Shown one piece after another: positions 1-12,435 of a stretch of 64,000 nucleotides of DNA. Source of the DNA: Macrostomum lignano (lineage: Eukaryota). Location: positions 28,636 through 92,635 of the forward strand of contig NIVC01003532.1 in the NCBI GenBank assembly GCA_002269645.1, written 5' to 3'. A model generated the notes under the pieces. That model saw nothing but the letters and a program-made list of their open reading frames with translations, was not told the DNA's origin and ran no database searches. A program made the translations under genes and the position numbers. Position 1 is the first letter of the stretch. Each line of letters opens with the position of its first letter.

Positions 1-135
1 GAGCGTGCGTAGAAAATTTTTTTATTTGCCAGTGTGTCCTTTCAGTACGTTAAGGAAGGCACCAAACAATGCTCAAAACGGGTATCATTATCAGCTATCT
101 GATAAAGCGGCGCGTTTGAAGGAAACCTTTAAGCC

Positions 136-250
136 ATTTCGTCGACTGCCTGCTGGATAACGCCGGCGCCTCGGATTCGGCTGGCGGCGTGGGTTCATTC
201 GCGACCTGGCCTTGAGGCGCGCCCTGAGACGCTGAACGCGTATTCTGTTG
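136..250 (+). mobile_element. 5'-truncated 3' end of an RTE-like non-LTR retrotransposon
   Basis: Matches the 3' ends at 51240-51365 and 63661-63790 (FVDCLL..AGAPDS..RDLALRRAL). Ends in TATTCTGTTG and is flanked by 8-bp direct repeat TTTAAGCC (128-135 and 251-258). Confidence 0.75.
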
Positions 251-480
251 TTTAAGCCCGGTTAACACTTACTGCTCCACGGGCCAAATACAAAGTATGA
301 CTCAAACCAATTTTAAATTGTCTAAGCAAAATCGTACATTGGTTTAGGAAATAGTTACAAATTGAAAACCACACACAGTTAATTTATGCTTACTAATTAA
401 CAATTTTAAGTTTTATTACTACATTCAAGTGTGTAGAAGAGCGTAGAATCCCGAAAATCGACTTTATTAACAAAAATTTT

Positions 481-2274
481 TCAGTGTAGCGGATGCTGCA
501 CTACGGGCTCTCGCATATTGAATGACACGCTTTCAAAGAACGCCTCCGGGTCCTGCGACTGCTTGCGCATGCGGCGGCTTTCGGTGAGCATGAAGTCGAG
601 GAACAACTCCGATGTGGCAAAGTCATCGCCTCGCTGTCTGAGATGCAGCTCTGTGAACAGTCTCACTTGCAGAGCGGAGAATCCGAGCTGAGTGAGCAGT
701 CTCACAACGGGCAGGTCGGCTCTCGCCTTGATGTCTCTGGCCTCGACTCTGAACTCGACTCCAGGTGTGACTGCGAGAGCCTCGTCTGCGCGACTGCTGC
801 GGACTGCGGACCCGTCGACAGTCGCAGCACCAGCTGATGCAGTTGAGTCCGTCTGTACCAATGCAGTGTGACGCTGAGCTGAGGCGCCACAAGTCGGGTG
901 CTGCACGGGAGGCGACAGTCGGTGCACTGTCTGTACAAAGTCGCTGCCTCGCTCCAACAACACGTGAGGACACCGAGGTGACCACCTGGCGTGCTCAACC
1001 CACACATCATCGTCGCAGCTCCACTCGCTCATGCAGAGTCCGCAGCTGAAGCAGCAGGTCGCTCTCTCGGCTTCCGAGTAGAAGAAGCCCGCCTTTGCAA
1101 GCAAGTACACTGGCTGCTGAACGAGAGCCGAGTGCAGAGACTGCGACCTCGCTTGGTAGGTCTCGAACTGTGCGCGTTTGGCAGTCACACTCGATGGATC
1201 ACTCTCGAGACTGTGTTGCAGAGCTGACAGGTTCGTGAGAGCTCTCTCGGAGCACGCAGATCTCGCTACGTCGCTCGACACTGGAAGCTGAGGACGCTTC
1301 ATCATGTCGAAAGCAACCAGCTTATCGTCCACATCGCGTTCTGCATTCGTTCCAAAAGTTGCGCGTGTCGCCAGCGCCCACTCGTTCAGTCCAGCGAACT
1401 CCATCGGTGGTAGCTCAGCGACCAGCTTTATGCTCCAGTCTCCGTTCACCATCACTGCTGCATCATCTGCAGTCTGATCACTGCACTGCACTGCTTCTAC
1501 CAGCTTTGCTGAACTCAAGACTCTTTCCGGCTCTCTGTGATCTCGAGGCACGTTGCCGACCTCGACGAACAACACGAACGGACAGGTGGAGAAGTGGCGT
1601 CTGTGAGCCTCTCGGACCTGCTCGCCCGCCTCCCAGTCCTTGAGCACACCCTTGCAGAATGCACACTTTACTCTGTCCGACTCCTGCAGGTAGAAGAATC
1701 CGTCAGCAGCCAGATCCGTCACTGACACCAGGTGAGCCGCTGTGAAGCTGGCATCTGGCAGGTGGAAAGACTGCCACCTGTTCTCCTCTCGTCTCATGTC
1801 CCACAGGTGTTGTGGAATCGAGGCCGGCATTCCACTCGTGTCCCATCGCTGATTGCGGAAGTCCAGAGTCTGCGGCACGGATGACGCTCTGCCACCAGGT
1901 GTGCTGTTGTTGTAGTACCGCAGCACCTTGCTCTTACCTGTCAGTTTTTTCTGCTGACTAATATTTTGCTCAAGATTTTGCCTAGTCGATCTTTGGATGA
2001 GTAGACGAAGTCTCGGAATTTCGACGAGGGCCACTGATATGAGACAATCCCTGAAGTCATTCGTCCAGCGAATTTCCTGAAAAATTAGTTGCAGCAGTTC
2101 CTTATGTCTCGTCTTTGAGACTATGATGAATCCAAATATTTCATTAGCGAAGTCCAATCCCTTTTGAGAGATAAGTTCTTTTGGAACTGTTTTGGATCGC
2201 AGCGATAAAATGTGTCGTTCTGTGGCTCGTATTTCAAATAGGTTGTATTTTGAACGGTTTGTTTTACTTTCCAT
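481..2274 (-). CDS. IAP copy 1: variable N-terminus + BIR1 + BIR2 + UBA-like, no RING
   Basis: ORF 481..2295, first ATG at 2274. Two BIRs with C-x2-C-x16-H-x6-C (CAFC...H...C; CFSC...H...C) and a UBA-like segment (PVVRLLTQLGF...GDDFATSELFLDFM). Leaves the shared cassette at EAFFES and stops after QHPLH; AATAAA follows the stop. Confidence 0.85.
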   Translation of the reverse strand: MESKTNRSKYNLFEIRATERHILSLRSKTVPKELISQKGLDFANEIFGFIIVSKTRHKELLQLIFQEIRWTNDFRDCLISVALVEIPRLRLLIQRSTRQNLEQNISQQKKLTGKSKVLRYYNNSTPGGRASSVPQTLDFRNQRWDTSGMPASIPQHLWDMRREENRWQSFHLPDASFTAAHLVSVTDLAADGFFYLQESDRVKCAFCKGVLKDWEAGEQVREAHRRHFSTCPFVLFVEVGNVPRDHREPERVLSSAKLVEAVQCSDQTADDAAVMVNGDWSIKLVAELPPMEFAGLNEWALATRATFGTNAERDVDDKLVAFDMMKRPQLPVSSDVARSACSERALTNLSALQHSLESDPSSVTAKRAQFETYQARSQSLHSALVQQPVYLLAKAGFFYSEAERATCCFSCGLCMSEWSCDDDVWVEHARWSPRCPHVLLERGSDFVQTVHRLSPPVQHPTCGASAQRHTALVQTDSTASAGAATVDGSAVRSSRADEALAVTPGVEFRVEARDIKARADLPVVRLLTQLGFSALQVRLFTELHLRQRGDDFATSELFLDFMLTESRRMRKQSQDPEAFFESVSFNMREPVVQHPLH

Positions 2275-4226
2275 TATTTTTTGTCGCTCGGTCAAGACAG
2301 GTGGAAGATAAAGTGTTCTCTAACTTCGAAAATTTTGGGACTATGATTGACTCACGGTTGGAAATCTACAATGAAATGTTTTAGTGCTTTTGCAAAGGAC
2401 TAAGCAATTCGAGTGGTATATAAATGATACATTTATGTATACTTAGTTATTTTGAGGTTTATTTTGCTAGATACTTTCCTGATATTTTGAACACGTTCAC
2501 GACAGTATGTGTACATGCAATTTAAAATTTTGTTTTTGGCAAAAGCAAAGCACAAAAAGGTTATAGCCGCAAAAGTCAAAACGTCTCGGTTCTTACCTGT
2601 ATATAGTGTGCTCAAGACAGTTCAAATTTTTAAAAAACATATTTTTTCGATGGATGAGGTGAGGTGCAGTATTAGGTTTAGTGTTATAGATAGTGTAATT
2701 TTTGTTTCCTTACTAATGAATTGTTTTGAAACTAAAAAACAGTGTTCTTAGTTCGATGCAGTTTAGAGTATTACTAGTAGATAAAATAGTTAGTTGACTT
2801 GGGGTGTGAGTGAATCTTCTTGTACAAGAACGGTTTTTATGAACAGGCTCAGTAGAGAAGCAACTACCCCAGCCAACTACACTTTATAATCAGTGTTCAC
2901 TGTTCTTAGCTCGCATTTGCGCACCAAAAGCTATATGCAAACTGTACACGCGTTGGAATGGCCGCGGTTTGTTCGTGGATTTTTCGCGGATTATTTTGGG
3001 ATTTCCCAATTTTTACTTCACTGGCTGCAGTGCTAGGGCGTTAATCTCTAATCTAACCATGTGTAAAAATAATTTTCCCATTCGCCTATAAATATGTGGT
3101 GTAGCTGAAGATGGCTTCTCCATGGCATTGCCACGGTTCAACCATAGCCAGTTCGTGCTATAAAAAGGACTTCTCCGGTAAGTTCTATCTAGATTACTGC
3201 AATTATACTCTCGTTTGCGGTACTAATCTGCTTAAGGGTGCAATTCACGCTACTGAGAAATTAAGGACCTCCACACCAGTTGCTCTGAGAACACTAGCTA
3301 GCTACGTGTAGATAGGACGCATTCCCACTTGCTTGTCATGCATTAGGAAAATGATTATCTCTGATAAAGAAGTACATAAAAAGTGTAAACTAATCTGTAA
3401 TATTATTCTCATTGAGAAAAAAACTCTTATTGAAATATTGCATATATTACATTCACATTAAAACTCGAACGCTTTCTAACAATTTTGCTTTACACAACTT
3501 ATATCGAGGATATATTATTGCCGTTGCTAAATTGCTCATTTGTCCATTGTTTTGATCGTCCTAAAAAGAAATTCAGAAGTCGTAATTATTATAGTTAGAG
3601 ACCAGTCTCATTGCCTGCTGATTTCTAGAAGATTTCTTTGTCTTGTTTTGTTTCAGCTAGCCTAGAATTAAAGAGAAATTTCCGCGGAAATTCCACGTTA
3701 TTGCCGGGAGTCGAAAATAGCACTGACGGTATTAGTCTCCAAAACAGCTGATAAAAATAGAGTACTGGCAGCGGTGTTTTGCATGGACTAAATACGAGCT
3801 ATAGACACACAAGCAAGTGTGTACACACCACTTTCGATGACGAAAAATGTGTTTGACTGGTTAAAAAAGCTGGAAAATTTATCTCATAGATTAGATTAGA
3901 TTCTTTTAAGGCCACATCCTAGATGTATGATGTATAAAATTACAAAGTTATAACTGTTATATTAGAAAAATAAATGTGAAACTACATCAAACTAGGCATT
4001 AAAAAAAGAAAATACTTGCCAGACCACATCTTAGCTTTCTATGAAAAACTAAGGATCTCTCGAAAAGCTTTAACAATAGAGTATTAAGCCAAGACCCTTC
4101 TATAGGCCACTAAAATCAGTCATTCAAAAACTATACAGTACTAACAGTACCCAACCTTATTCGCATAAAACGAACTATCATTTGCAGAAATTTAGCCTGC
4201 AGACCGAACAAAGAAGAAGCATCTAC

Positions 4227-6272
4227 ATGTCGACAGAAGTACAAAACCCAAAAAGTTCAAACTTAATTAAAAAAGGTACGTCAAAAACAAAAGAGTGCAT
4301 AAAAACGGCATGTTCAAAAATTAATAGCTATGTGGATGAAATTAGAAACGTCTTCAAACTTACCGTCCATCTTGTTAAAGAATTCGAGAGCGTTCTCAAA
4401 AAAAGAGCATATTATCTCTCAAAAAACATTTCAAATATTTTCTATGAAATTACACATTCTGCACTGAATGCCACAGATAATATGGACCATATAATAAATT
4501 GCATTGAAGAAGAACAACAGATTGCAGACGAAAAGATCCAAAGTCTTTTGTCCGTAGTTTTATCTGAAATGCAAAAACAGCGACTGCTTGTCATGAAGTC
4601 TTCAAACCAAATATCTGACCAACGAATAGTCGAGCACAAAATACAGACAGGCAAGAGCAAGGTACTGCGGTACTACAACAACAGCACACCTGGTGGCAGA
4701 GCGTCCTCCGTGCCGCAGACTCTGGACTTCCGCAATCAGCGATGGGACACGAGTGGAATGCCGGCCTCGATTCCACAACACCTTTGGGACATGAGACGAG
4801 AGGAGAACAGGTGGCAGTCCTTTCACCTGTCAGATGCCAGCTTCACAGCGGCTCACCTGGTGTCAGTGACGGATCTGGCTGCTGACGGATTCTTCTACCT
4901 GCAGGAGTCGGACAGAGTAAAGTGTGCATTCTGCAAGGGTGTGCTCAAGGACTGGGAGGCGGGCGAGCAGGTCCGAGAGGCTCACAGACGCCACTTCTCC
5001 ACCTGTCCGTTCGTTCTGTTCGTCGAGGTCGGCAACGTGCCTCGAGATCACAGAGAGCCGGAAGGAGCCTCGAGGTCTGCAAAGTTGGTAGAGGCAGTGC
5101 AGTGCAGTGATCAGACTGCAGATGATGCAGCAGTGATGGTGAACGGAGACTGGAGCATGAAGCTGGTCGCTGAGCTACCACCGATGGAGTTCGCTGGACT
5201 GAATGAGTGGGCGCTGGCGACACGCGCAACTATTGGAACGAATGCAGAACGCGGTGTGGAGGACGAGCTGGTCGCAGTCGACATGATGAAGCGTCCTCAG
5301 CTTCCAGTGTCGAGCGAAGTAGCGAGATCTGCGTGCTCCGAGAGAGCTCTCACGAACCTGTCCGCTCTGCAGCACAGTCTCGAGAGTGATCCATCGAGTG
5401 TGACTGCCAAACACACACAGTTCGAGACCTACCAAGCGAGGTCGCAGTCTCTGCACTCGGCTCTCGTTCAGCAGCCAGTGTACTTGCTTGCAAAGGCGGG
5501 CTTCTTCTACTCGGATGCCGAGAGAGCGACCTGCTGCTTCAGCTGCGGACTTTGCATGAGCGAGTGGAGCTGCGACGATGATGTGTGGGTTGAGCACGCC
5601 AGGTGGTCACCTCGGTGTCCTCACGTGTTGTTGGAGCGAGGTAGCGACTTTGTGCAGACAGTGCACCGACTGTCGCCTCCCGTGCAGCACCCGACTTGTG
5701 GCGCCTCAGCTCAGCGTCACACTGCATTGGTACAGACGGACTCAACTGCATCAGCTGGTGCTGCGACTGTCGACGGGTCCGCAGTCCGCAGCAGTCGCGC
5801 AGACGAGGCTCTCGCAGTCACACCTGGAGTCGAGTTCAGAGTCGAGGCCAGAGACATCAAGGCGAGAGCCGACCTGCCCGTTGTGAGACTGCTCACTCAG
5901 CTCGGATTCTCCGCTCTGCAAGTGAGACTGTTCACAGAGCTGCATCTCAGACAGCGAGGCGATGACTTTGCCACATCGGAGTTGTTCCTCGACTTCATGC
6001 TCACCGAAAGCCGCCGCATGCGCAAGCAGTCGCAGGACCCGGAGGCGTTCTTCGAGAGCAGGATGTCTCAGATTCGGGAGTCTCTGAACCAACAGCCGAG
6101 ACCCCGAGACACAACCGACTGGAAGACGTGCAAGGTGTGCATGGACAAGGAGGTGAACATCATGCTGCTGGACTGTGGTCACGTGGCCTGCTGCTCAGTG
6201 TGCGCCAAGTCGCTGAAGACGTGTCCCATCTGCAGAGCCTTCATTCGTGGGGTGGTATTTGTGCAAATGTGA
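4227..6272 (+). CDS. IAP copy 2: coiled-coil-like N-terminus + BIR-BIR-UBA-RING
   Basis: ORF 4182..6272, first ATG at 4227. Two BIR zinc motifs and C-terminal RING CKVCMDKEVNIMLLDCGHVACCSVCAKSLKTCPICR. Single uninterrupted ORF. Confidence 0.92.
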   Translation: MSTEVQNPKSSNLIKKGTSKTKECIKTACSKINSYVDEIRNVFKLTVHLVKEFESVLKKRAYYLSKNISNIFYEITHSALNATDNMDHIINCIEEEQQIADEKIQSLLSVVLSEMQKQRLLVMKSSNQISDQRIVEHKIQTGKSKVLRYYNNSTPGGRASSVPQTLDFRNQRWDTSGMPASIPQHLWDMRREENRWQSFHLSDASFTAAHLVSVTDLAADGFFYLQESDRVKCAFCKGVLKDWEAGEQVREAHRRHFSTCPFVLFVEVGNVPRDHREPEGASRSAKLVEAVQCSDQTADDAAVMVNGDWSMKLVAELPPMEFAGLNEWALATRATIGTNAERGVEDELVAVDMMKRPQLPVSSEVARSACSERALTNLSALQHSLESDPSSVTAKHTQFETYQARSQSLHSALVQQPVYLLAKAGFFYSDAERATCCFSCGLCMSEWSCDDDVWVEHARWSPRCPHVLLERGSDFVQTVHRLSPPVQHPTCGASAQRHTALVQTDSTASAGAATVDGSAVRSSRADEALAVTPGVEFRVEARDIKARADLPVVRLLTQLGFSALQVRLFTELHLRQRGDDFATSELFLDFMLTESRRMRKQSQDPEAFFESRMSQIRESLNQQPRPRDTTDWKTCKVCMDKEVNIMLLDCGHVACCSVCAKSLKTCPICRAFIRGVVFVQM

Positions 6273-7789
6273 CTTGCAGTCGACCGATTGGATACAGGTT
6301 GATTAGCAACTTCTTCTGACTCGATATGTGATTTGTATGTCGGTGGCAAATGCACCAGAGAACTTGTAAAAAGCTGCAACGTTGCTTCAACAGAAAAAAT
6401 CATTCGAAGTCGGATGAATAAATCAATATTTGGTGAAGTAGGACAAAGCTTACATGGGAATTTCAGCTATGTTGAAAGAAAGTGAGTTCTTCGTTCGGTG
6501 AATTATTCTAAGTGCAAGAGTGGCCTACGCCTGAAAAAAGCGACATAAGTTTTTATAAAAGGATTTGTTTTCGGACTTTCAATACCGGATCTCATCAATG
6601 AAACATCTGCAATGTTTTTTATATGGAATTGCGAAGCTTTGAAAGCTAAAGACTGCTGCTGAAGTATTCGAAGCCGAGAGTTATAGTGTGCTTTCATCAG
6701 TCGTCGCAACAGTTCGCTTTTCATATCAAAAGCTTTGAACGTTGACTCCAATCAAAATGACTTACTGTTTCTGAAAAAGTTCACAGATTTCGGCATGGGA
6801 CTCAAGCCAGAACGGAAGTCGGTGACGTCATGAATTGCAAAAATCTGTATAGCTTTTGCATAGATTTTGCGATGAGACGCCTTTTTGAGAACTTGGACAT
6901 CTGATCTTTGATTTTCAATCCATTTAAAGTAACAAATATTTTATACTAACCAAGTTATCGTAGAAGTAGCTTATCGCAGTAGGAATATTTGCAAATTTTA
7001 ATAGAAGTAAATATTGTTTTCTTATATTATAATTTTAATTATATTATACGCTCCTATTATTCACTGAATGGCTTGTCGGTACAATGTCATTGTAGTTTTC
7101 TTCATCTGATAATTATATTGTGCATATGTAATGGAAGTACTTCGTGTAAGGCTTTCGATAGATTTAAAACATCTGAACGCATTTGTCCGTGAACGGAAAG
7201 AATCCACTGTACGGTACATCGAATCGCTTTACATGACACATCATCGCCAATTTGAATAGTTTTGATTCTTGCAAAAGAAAAGGCATGATAGTATGAAAGA
7301 AATGTTAACGAAGTTTAGTGGCTATGTTTGTAAATTGAATTGGAATGGAACTTTTATTAAGGTATTTTTTAACTGTTCCAGCAGGCTCCTACCTAGTTAT
7401 CCTTATCCTTCACACTCCAATCTCTTTCTTTCTTTTTTCATCAGATCCTCTTTGATCCTAGTCTGCTTTCACCCTACTCTCCACCGTAATCTGCATCCTC
7501 TACCTCTCGCACTACCGTTATGATGTTCTATCTCATTTGCCTACATTTTCACACTAAAAAACGTAGGCAAACAGTTAAAAAAAGTCTCGTAAAGTCAAGA
7601 AGCCAGATCGGGCAACTTCAGATGGTGCTGCGGTGCCAGTGAGCCGACATAGTCCGGCCGTTCCATTGAAGCCATCAGAGGCCATCACTTAGACGATGCA
7701 GATGACTTCAGGCTTGGTCCCGCCCGAATTGAAGTCCTAAAGGTGCTGGGCGAAATAACCGTTAGCCCCCGCACCCTTGAATCGCGGCA

Positions 7790-8720
7790 TCATGCAGAAT
7801 CGTTGCTGCCGCCAGTCTGACCGAAGATGCTCGATACAGAGCGAACCAGTTGGCTCAGGATGTCACCTGCGCCGCAAAATGACATCTGCATCGCTGACGA
7901 GCTCCCGTTGGTGGCGGCTGCAGTTACCGACTGGCCGTTGATGTCGGTGACGCCTCCGCCTGCAAACTGATGAGCCACGTCAGCGGCATTCGCCGTCGAG
8001 TAGCACCGTCGGTGGCTTCGGCCGTTGCCAGCTGCAGACGACATCGCAGAGTCGCTGGCGAAGTCTTCCAGCCGCTCCCGGTTGGTGTTGCGAACATCGT
8101 CACCGATGGCTGCTTGGATGCCGCCGCTGTCGCTGACATTGCTCTGACTGGCTGCAACCGGTGACATCGCTGGAGAACAGGGAAGGGTTGAGCTGATGCT
8201 GGAGGCACCAATTTAAAAAGTGTAATGTTCAAGTGTTTCCAGTTTCATCAACTCATTTCACATGTTCATCGATCGATCATGTTAGATCGTTTAGCTCCTA
8301 ACTTTCTAGCTACATGTATACTATGTAATGCTTTTTTAGGCCTTCATCTTTTACTCAAAACGGGATGATTCAGTGTCTTGAAATCATAGCGTGATTTTTT
8401 TCTGGAGTAGAACTGATTGATGGATGTTATTTTAGACTTGACGGGGGGTCATTTTGAAGTTGATTAGTGACATTTTGGAGCTCTCTACCTTCCGACTGTC
8501 CATAGCGCCCGCCTCTGTCAGGTGAAGCTGATCCGGTTTCGAAGCTGACTGCCATGGATGACGCGGATCCTGCAGTCGATTGTTGATGCAGCGACATAGC
8601 AGCCCGACTCAGACTTTGGAGTCCATGAGCATCTGCATCTGTAGGAAGCGACAGGTCGTCTTCTGCTGACAGTCCGCTGAATTCCGAGGCCAGGTCCGGC
8701 TCGCTCGTTGTGTTTGGCAT
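7790..8720 (-). CDS. Putative two-exon gene (8720-8489, 8169-7790) encoding a 203-aa Ser/Ala/Gly-rich protein of unknown function
   Basis: ATG 8720. Donor GAAG|GTAGAG at 8489/8488 (phase 1) and acceptor CCCTGTTCTCCAG|CG at 8170/8169 join ORFs 8427..8720 and 7790..8167 in frame. Exons are GC-rich, intron is AT-rich. Confidence 0.55.
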
Positions 8721-8756
8721 TTCCGCAGGACAGAAGAGGGAGAGGCTGGCACAATA

Positions 8757-8764
8757 CTATTTAT
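8757..8764 (-). promoter_or_regulatory. TATA box (TATAAATA) about 37 bp upstream of ATG 8720
   Basis: Plus strand TATTTATA at 8757-8764 reads TATAAATA on the minus strand, upstream of the spliced ORF. Confidence 0.5.
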
Positions 8765-10036
8765 AAGCGGCCAGCTAGCTATAGCTGTTTACGGGGAGGA
8801 AAACAGCGTACGTAGAATTATACATTGAAATTTACTACGAGCTACCTTTTATTTCGCTACTTGTCAAGAAATTTCCGTGGCAGTTCCATGGAAAAACCGC
8901 GGCATATTTTCAAACCCGGATCCGTAAGCCTTGTGCATTCAGTGTATAGTTTAGAACTAACTGCGCAAACTGTAGGCCTGGCCTGCATTATGAGAGTTGT
9001 GAGTTGTGCCTTATTGTTGAAGGTTTCCTTTTCTCTAAGGCTGTTTCGAATGACAAAAATTGTAATTACATGACTAGCAAACATTTCTGTTTAGCTGCTT
9101 TAGCAAATGATATCTGCTAGGTGGGATGGCTTGAAAGAGAATGGATTTCCAGAAGGTGGATTCCCAGTGGCTTAGAAATAGAATTCCAGAAGAGCTGCGA
9201 GCGTACAAAGGATCGGTACTGAATTCTCTGGGTGAACAGTTTGTTGCAAATGTGCGCGCTATTTTTATCGCTATAAATAGAACACGAGCATGTGCATGCG
9301 TGGATTTACAGTTTTGGTAGATGTGCGTCGAAAACTGCACTAGCGAATCAGAATTTTTAACCGACTTCTTATTTTCCCTTCTAATTGTTCAATGCGTGTG
9401 TATAAATGGAAAACCCAAAATCTGAGCAACAATCACGCCAAGTACGTGTGCATTCACTGCTGAAACAATCGTACGATACTGAGCACGCAAGCTTTCCGGA
9501 CATCATTCAGCTATTGTGCTAAGGTAGGGAATCTGCAGTGCAATTAAGGTATTTTAGAAACCATATACATTAATACGTTCAGCTGAGTAAAGAATCAAAA
9601 CCATACTCGACCTATTTTAATCATTAGCCGCTTTACTTAGTTTTTCTTAGTTTTCTTAGTTCTTCACAATTCCTTTTTCACTTACTAGTTTTTCACTCAC
9701 TTACTTGTTATACTCTCGTACATGTATGTGTTAAAAGAGTATAAATGGGTGTAATACGTACAACAGACAAATTAAAGTTTGAATTTGCATAAATCTACAC
9801 GAGTATACATTATATCAATTTGAATAGGCTGTAGATGAAGACCGAAACGAGCTAGAATATCGAATCGCATAGCGTCGAGGCGTTATGACTTGTTTTGGCC
9901 AAGCAGCCTATCTACACTTGGCAACATTTAAAAGTTTTCACTCTTATGCGGGCGCGAAAAATCGTCAAGACTGTTAGTACTTTTGACCATAGACAAATAG
10001 AGTAGCTGAAAATTCTTTCAGTGGGTGGAAACAATA

Positions 10037-10260
10037 CACCTTTTCACGTTCAATTTTGAACAAAGTCCAGTTCTAAAAAAACTAGCGGAAATTCAATTCG
10101 GACAATTCAGACTGGGGACAATTTTGTCTATGGCTAAACCTCGCTTCCGTAGCAGAATGTTTTGAACTGGGGTTTGTTGCCCCAGTCTGAATTGTCTGAA
10201 TTGAATTTCCGCTAGTTTTTTTAGAACTGGACTTTGTTCGGGATTGAACGTGAAAAGGTG
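10037..10260. mobile_element. MITE with about 80-bp terminal inverted repeats, TA-flanked (Tc1/mariner-like)
   Basis: CACCTTTTCACGTTCAAT...CAGACTGGGG (10037-10117) is near-perfectly inverted at 10180-10260. TA on both sides. Confidence 0.75.
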
Positions 10261-10314
10261 TATTAGCGTTGTAGTTGTAGTCTAAGCTATTTCACGGCTA
10301 TTTCACGAATTCAT

Positions 10315-11118
10315 GGGCGGTATGAACAAAAAAAGAGATACTTTTTTTTCTTGCAAGAAAGCGAGAATTTCTTGGCTTTTAATGAATAAGAAAATTACTT
10401 TTTCTCGCGAGAATTTCTTCTGAAGATTTTCTTATGAGATTTTGAGACAAGAAAATCTTGCTAAGAAAATCTGTGAAGAAAAAGATTTTCTCGCTCTCGT
10501 ATGAATAAAATCACCCTTTTCTCAATGTCTGTGTAAAAACTAGAGTTTTTGACGAGCTCCTTCTTCTAAAGCTCAGACACTGAATTTCTATCACTGATTT
10601 TTTTTCTTGCTTTAGATTTGAAATGTTTGCATTAATAAGGAAGCGCAAGGCGTATCAGCCACGACAGGCCTCTCCCCCTGGCATACCACCAGCTGCATCG
10701 GTTTTCTGAGGAACACGTGTCCCTCCTGGCAGAGAACTTTTTGCGGGAATCAACAGAGACCAGAGGTGGTGCTTTGTCTTCCAAGCAGAAGATAGAGGTC
10801 GCTTTGCGATACCTCAACAATCCCGGCTTCTAGTCGGGCGTTGCGAAAGAGACTGGCGTACATCAGAGCACAGTGTCAAATACTGTCTGGGATGTTTTGC
10901 AGCAGATTGCAGCACACTCAATCGACTGGATTCGCTTTCCACGAGACCTTGCAGAAGCAAATGAGGTAAAGCTCCGATTTTCCGCAGCCACTGGATTCCC
11001 ATCTGGGATTGGAGCAATAGACTGCACGCATGTTCGAATCGAGAAGCCTGCAGGAGTTTTCGGGGACGAGTATATCAATCGTATGCCGAGATTTTCTCGA
11101 TTTTTATTCATACCGCCC
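10315..11118 (+). mobile_element. Internally deleted PIF/Harbinger transposon with a HARBI1-like transposase fragment
   Basis: TIRs GGGCGGTATGAA(C/T)AAAAA at 10315 and inverted ending at 11118. Internal peptide ...VALRYL*..KETGVHQSTVSNTVWDV...FPSGIGAIDCTHVRI (DDE_Tnp_4 motif), with a stop and truncation. Confidence 0.85.
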
Positions 11119-12179
11119 TGGGAGAGAGAAACTACTGCCTCTGTGTTAGACCCCGTTCCACTTCTCTATCCCAAGCATTCTGATTGTAGCTCGTAAATGC
11201 ATCAATTGTTTTGCATAGAATACAGCATGCAGAAGAAGTAAGATCCTATCTCATTCTTGCTGCTGCAGCTTTTAATTTAAATATGAGCTCACGATCAGCC
11301 TCAGTCTCTCCTCATTCCTCAGTCAGCTTCCAATCCTGCGCCAAGTAACCCTACAAAAGTTGTTGGAAAATATCACAATGTATTCTGGCACTGTACGCGA
11401 TAGGAAAAAAGAAAAACAATTAAGAACTCCAGAGTATGATCAGATTTTGGTTCAAATGGCATCCTTGAGACGGCAGAACCTACATGTAACACACTATATT
11501 CACCCAATTTTCAGATAGCAGCTACTTCTACCGACTCTCTAGCGGCTCTCGTCAGCTTCGGCTGCTCCCAAGGCGTTGATCTTGAACCTGTAGGAACTCG
11601 ATGTGTGCGCAGAATTATTTCGATCAACCAACTGGGTCTTGTTCAAAGTGGAGTTGTCGAGTTACAGATACGAATTTTGCCTTCCTACGGGTATTGGCAT
11701 TCTCAGCCTCAGAGGTAATTCCACTAAGCATAGCAATGCTTAAAATATCAAAAAGAATTTTTACAATAGTCTTAAGAGTTTACTGTGAAAAAACCAACAA
11801 TGATAATCTAAATTTCCATCAATTTAAACCGAAGTTAATTACTAAAATCAATACCGAAAATTTTTAGTTCCATGTTAAAGTGGCAAACCCACGGAAAGTC
11901 CAAGGAAATGCCTTCTTATCATTTGGCCAAATTTACCGACCATTAAAAATAGACTGTACGCTCGTACAGCCTGTACAACTGAATTCTAAAAATAGCTCCT
12001 CCGTATTCCCCACAGTACACACCGTGTTCTAAAAGCCCGAGACAAGAGAGTTGAGAGTTTAGTAATGGTGCAGTGCAGTGCATACAGTTCGTAAAATTGG
12101 ACATCGTTGGCATGGATAATTTTTTCTCCTTGCTTTTTGGGCGCCCCAAAGGTGGTATAGATTGCTAGTCCACCTTTAA

Positions 12180-12435
12180 AAATAATAATTACACCTGCCC
12201 AATGGGCAGATGTGCAACTGACAGCTCAACTATTGCGCGGGGCATCCTGAAGGCTGCGTACGGCTGTTTACTCCAAGGACTAAGGGGACGCCACACACAC
12301 ACCTCAGTTACCCCAGCTAAAGCTGGCCCATTTTACAGCTGGGTGAACTGAAGCAATGCAGAGTTAAGTTAAACATTGTTCCAGGTGGGTCGAAAATCAA
12401 ACCCCGACCTTTCGTGAGTCCGATGCTGAAAACAA
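12180..12435 (-). mobile_element. tRNA-derived SINE with a CORE/Meta-like central domain
   Basis: Minus-strand head CGGACTCACGA..AAGGTCGGGGTTTGATT (B-box-like). Central CCCATTTTACAGCTGGGTGAACTGAAGCAATGCAGAGTTAAGT resembles the MIR/CORE domain. TTA-type tail. Head and tail shared with 51655-51740. Confidence 0.55.

Noticed and set aside
623-1725. Short antisense and alternative-frame ORFs recurring in every IAP copy
   Set aside because: They recur only because the cassette DNA is near-identical and GC-rich; not evidence of separate genes.
4647-6250. IAP cassette as a transposon or Helitron cargo
   Set aside because: No TIRs, TSDs, poly(A) or TC...CTRR ends at cassette borders; flanks retain protein-level homology, favouring conversion among old paralogues.
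6290-6780. Possible transposase C-terminal relic downstream of copy 2
   Set aside because: Only vague helical similarity; no catalytic motif or TIR identified.
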